64,000 bases of DNA, taken from assembly GCF_963921235.1 (NCBI RefSeq), contig NC_086097.1:41356001-41420000 (forward strand), read 5' to 3'. Position numbers and translations under genes: made by a program. Within the stretch, counting starts at the first letter, position 1; every line of letters begins with the position of its first letter. The stretch comes from Mobula hypostoma (taxonomy: Eukaryota). Under the pieces are notes generated by a model. It saw nothing but the letters and a program-made list of their open reading frames with translations, did no database searches and was not told where the DNA came from. This document shows positions 60,451-64,000 of the stretch, piece after piece.

Positions 60451-62796
60451 ATCCTTTAAGAAGCAGGACTTCAAAGATAGTAATTACTGATCACTCCATG
60501 CCTTGTGCTGGTGAGTATGGATTCAGGACCAGAGCACAAAATGTGTGGCTGGAGAGATGCTGCAGGAGGAAGGGCTTTAGGTTCCTGGAACATTGGGAGA
60601 GGTGGGACCTGTTGCGATCTCAACTGATCTGGAATTAGTGTACCAGAACACTACACAATCTTCTGGAAGAACTCAGCAGGTCAAGCAAAACCAGTGGAAG
60701 GAAAGGATTTGTCAACGTTTCTCTTTGTTAATGTAGAGTGAAAGTTATGAATATTTTGGGACGGTGGCCGACAGATGCAAGGTTTGATAGGAATATAAAA
60801 TTAAGGATGCATTTGGAGCAGCCACAATCTTAGTAAATGGTGGAACAGGCTTGAGAGGCTATGGGTCAGTGTTACTTAATTTGGTAGGGGATTGATGACA
60901 GGTAGCCTGAAAAGGAAAAGGTACAAGATGGATCAGAATCAATGAGTAATCCCAGAACAGGACATAAAAAGTTTTTAGATAGAGCCAGACTCAGTGTGAG
61001 AATTGGTTAAAGGAAAATTGAATGCAGGAGAGAGAGGATGTCTTGGGGTGACCACGAACAGCATCTATATGTTTAGAAAGAAGAAACAACAAAGGAATGT
61101 TTAAACTACTTGGTCTGTTCTCTAGTGCTTCCAATACTAGGAAGTACATTGAACAGCAGATTTGCAAACAACTGTAGAGATGTACAAAATCCATAGTTTT
61201 TAACTATGCAGACACAGATAGAAATAACAATAACATACTGGGTAAAAGTTGTGAGGAGACTTTGAAGTATACTCCAGAGAACATCACTGATCAGTTTGGA
61301 TCTAGACCAATGAGGAAGGCAACATCTCTGGTTCTATTTTTGGGAAATGAGCCAGGCCAAGTGGAACAATTAGCCATGGGGAAATAGCAATTATTATATG
61401 ATAAATATGTGGAATAGCTCTGGAAAAGGATATGGGCAGAGAAAAAAATAACCAATTAGGGGAGGACCAGTTTCCATAGGATGAAATCAAATCTGATATG
61501 GGTTGACAGGAAGCAAAGATTAGCACACAGAATAATAAACAAAACTGCTGCTCTTACTGACTGTCACTGTTTTATTTCCTATTAAACAATAGGAGACATC
61601 TAAAGGTGTTTCTGCAACTGTTCAGGTACATTCCCATGAGGGACAAGGACAGGAAAATTAGATTCTGTGGTGCATGAATGACCTAAAAGATGGAGAATAA
61701 AATAGAATGAAGAGCAGTCAATAGCTCCCAGGTTGAAAGACAAGTGAAGAACTTACTGATTACAGAAAATTCAGAGGGGAGGAAAATACAGAAGTAGGAG
61801 AGGGCAAGATAAAAGGCTGGCAGAAAGTATAAAGAGGAATCCATATTGCAAAAAAACGAGATGTAATTGAGGTTCTGGATAGGCTGAAAACTGTCAAAGA
61901 GGAAGGACTAGAAAGATAAGCTCCACTGGAGTGGTTAAACCACTTGAAGCAGGTGGTTTGCATCCTTGTTTGTTGAGGGTGGTTGAAGAGGGAGTTACAA
62001 AAGCCCTGGCCATAATCTCTCAAACTCCATAACTCTGAGCACAGGGACACTGCAAATTTTACACCCAGTTTCAATAAAGGATGTAGAAATGAACATGGTA
62101 GCTACAGACCAGTAGGTTTAACTTCAGTGGTGAGAGAGAGCTGAATGCAATAATCTGAGGAAGGATAGTCATAGTCCACACTCGGACAAGTTTGTACTGA
62201 ATAAAGAATATCAGCATAGATTTGTTTACACTATGTACATATTTCTTGAGGAAACAAGTTTTGCCTTCATTGGTTGGAGCATGGAGTATGAGTATTGAAA
62301 AGTCATGTGCAATGGTGTGGCCACACTGGGAGTATTGTGTCCAGTGCTGGTCAACACAATATGGGAAGGGTGTGGAGGCTTTGGCGAGGGTGCAGAGGGG
62401 CTCACCAGAATGTTACACAGATTAGAGATTAGTCACTATAAAGAGAACTTGGACAAACCTGGGCCGTGTTCTCTAGAGCACTCGAGGCAGATGGGGTGAC
62501 CTGAGAGAATTATATAAAATTATGAGAGGCATTAGGAGGGTAGATACTCAAAGTATTTTCCCACAGTGGAAATATCAGATGTTAGTGTGCGGTGATTTAA
62601 ATTGAAGTGAATTGAAGTGTCGGGGTGGGGAGAATTTAAAGAGACAAGTTTATTTTTAAACACAGGCAGGTGGGCGCCTGGAACATCTTGATGGGGCCAG
62701 GTTGCAGTAAGAGCACATACAACAGCACTATTTAAGTGGCATTTAGACAGATACATGAACAGGCAGGGAACAGAAGGATATGGACCACATGCAGGT

Positions 62797-63118
62797 TGTA
62801 ATGAGAGAGCTATGGATGGTGCTAAACTGAAGTGTAGAATGAGGTCTAGAATTAATTCCAACTGAGACTCAAAATAAACAAGATGACACAAACAAAGTCC
62901 AAAGGCAAAATCACGAATAGTAGTACTAGAAATGGCAAGTCTACAATTGAGCACTGAATGCGCAGCACGAGGCCTCTAAGTACAGACTTTCCATGAAGAA
63001 ATGTGGCAGGCAATAATTGGCAGTCTGAGTCTTAAAGCGACAGTGGCAACTAACCATACTCTGGGGAATTGGAGTGCTGAAACTTGGTGCCTGCCACTGT
63101 CCAGTCAGGATCACAACA
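62797..63118. mobile_element. Solo LTR (322 bp)
   Basis: TGTAA...CAACA termini, flanked by CAGGT (62792-62796)/CAGGG (63119-63123); interrupts a CR1 3' end. Confidence 0.7.
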
Positions 63119-63174
63119 CAGGGAAATGGGATTAGTTTAGGCTGGTGTCATGATTGGTGCAAACCATAATGTAT

Positions 63175-64000
63175 AGGAACTTAACATCAGAGATAGGAGC
63201 AGGAGTAAGCCATTTGGCCCATCGAGCCTACTCTGCCATTCAATAAGATCTTGGCTGATTTGGCATGGACTCATCTCCACTTACCTGCCTTTTCCCGATC
63301 ACCCTTAATTTCCCTACAATGCAAAAGTCTATCCAGCCTTGTCTTAAATATATTTACTGAGGTAGCCTCCACTGCTTCATTGCGCTGAGAATTCCACGGA
63401 TTCACTACTCTCTGGGAAAAGCAGTTCCTCCTCATTGCCGTCCTAAATCTACTCCCCTGAATCTTGAGGCTAAGTCACCTAGTTCTAGGCTCACCTACCA
63501 GTGGAAACAACTTTCCGGCCTCTATCTTATCTATCTCTTTTATAATTTTATTTGTTTCTATAAGATCTGTTCTCATCCTTCTGAATTCCAGTGAGTGCAG
63601 ACCAAGGTGACTTAATCTCTCCTCATAGTCTAGCCCCCTCATCTCTGGAATCTACCTGGCGAACCTCCTCTGCACTGCCTACAAAGCTTGTATATCCTTC
63701 CTCAAATAAGGAGACCAGAACTGCGAGCAGTCCTCGAGAATTAGGCCATTTGGCCCATTGAGTCTGCTCTGCCTTTTCAACATGGCTGATCCATTTTCCC
63801 TCTCAGCCCCAGTCTCCTGCCTTCTCCCCTTATCCCTTCATGCCCTGACTAATCAAGAATCTATCAACCTCTGCCTTGTGAATTGGCCTCCACAGCCACC
63901 TGTGGCAAAGAATTCAAAAGATTCACCACCGTCTGGCTAAAGAAATTCCTCCTCATCTCCATTCTAAAAGGATGCCTCTCTTTTCTGAGGCTGTGCCCTC
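63175..64000 (-). mobile_element. Two CR1 3' fragments (~63175-63735 and ~63736-64000)
   Basis: GGCCATTTGGCCCAT(C/T)GAG 3'-end motif twice; AGAAATTCCTCCTCATCTC (MRRNF), reverse-homologous to 4600-4840. Confidence 0.85.

Larger units (their letters stand above)
59170..63170 (+). mobile_element. Old, long, heavily decayed CR1 with nested insertions
   Basis: ORF1-like remnants (59200-59820, 60455-60640); YRPVGLTSVV near 62100; VWPHWEYCVQCWS..EALARVQR in ORF 62222-62425. Confidence 0.7.

Overview
Eukaryotic, repeat-dense vertebrate genomic DNA. The CR1/Rex1/Penelope/V-SINE landscape suggests a cartilaginous fish, probably a ray (inference). The only host coding sequence I can support is one 149-nt internal exon on the + strand (28378-28526), absent from the ORF track. 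It encodes the start of the FN3 domain of MDGA2, so the window is most likely that exon plus two very large introns. The ORF-track entries I could identify are decayed transposon fragments; the rest look like noise. Elements seen: CR1, Rex1/Babar, L2, RTE and Penelope retroelements, a chromodomain Gypsy with an inverted gag block, two solo LTRs, tRNA-derived SINEs and a fold-back mariner derivative, often deeply nested. Most notable: (i) several Penelope terminal-repeat units carrying minimal type-I hammerhead ribozyme motifs, some sense to the MDGA2 pre-mRNA and one inserted alone as a ~92-bp unit with its own TSD; (ii) a tRNA-SINE whose 3' tail is homologous to the adjacent RTE LINE. Family calls rest on recalled motifs, not database searches. 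Boundaries lacking a stated TSD are approximate (+/- tens of bp).
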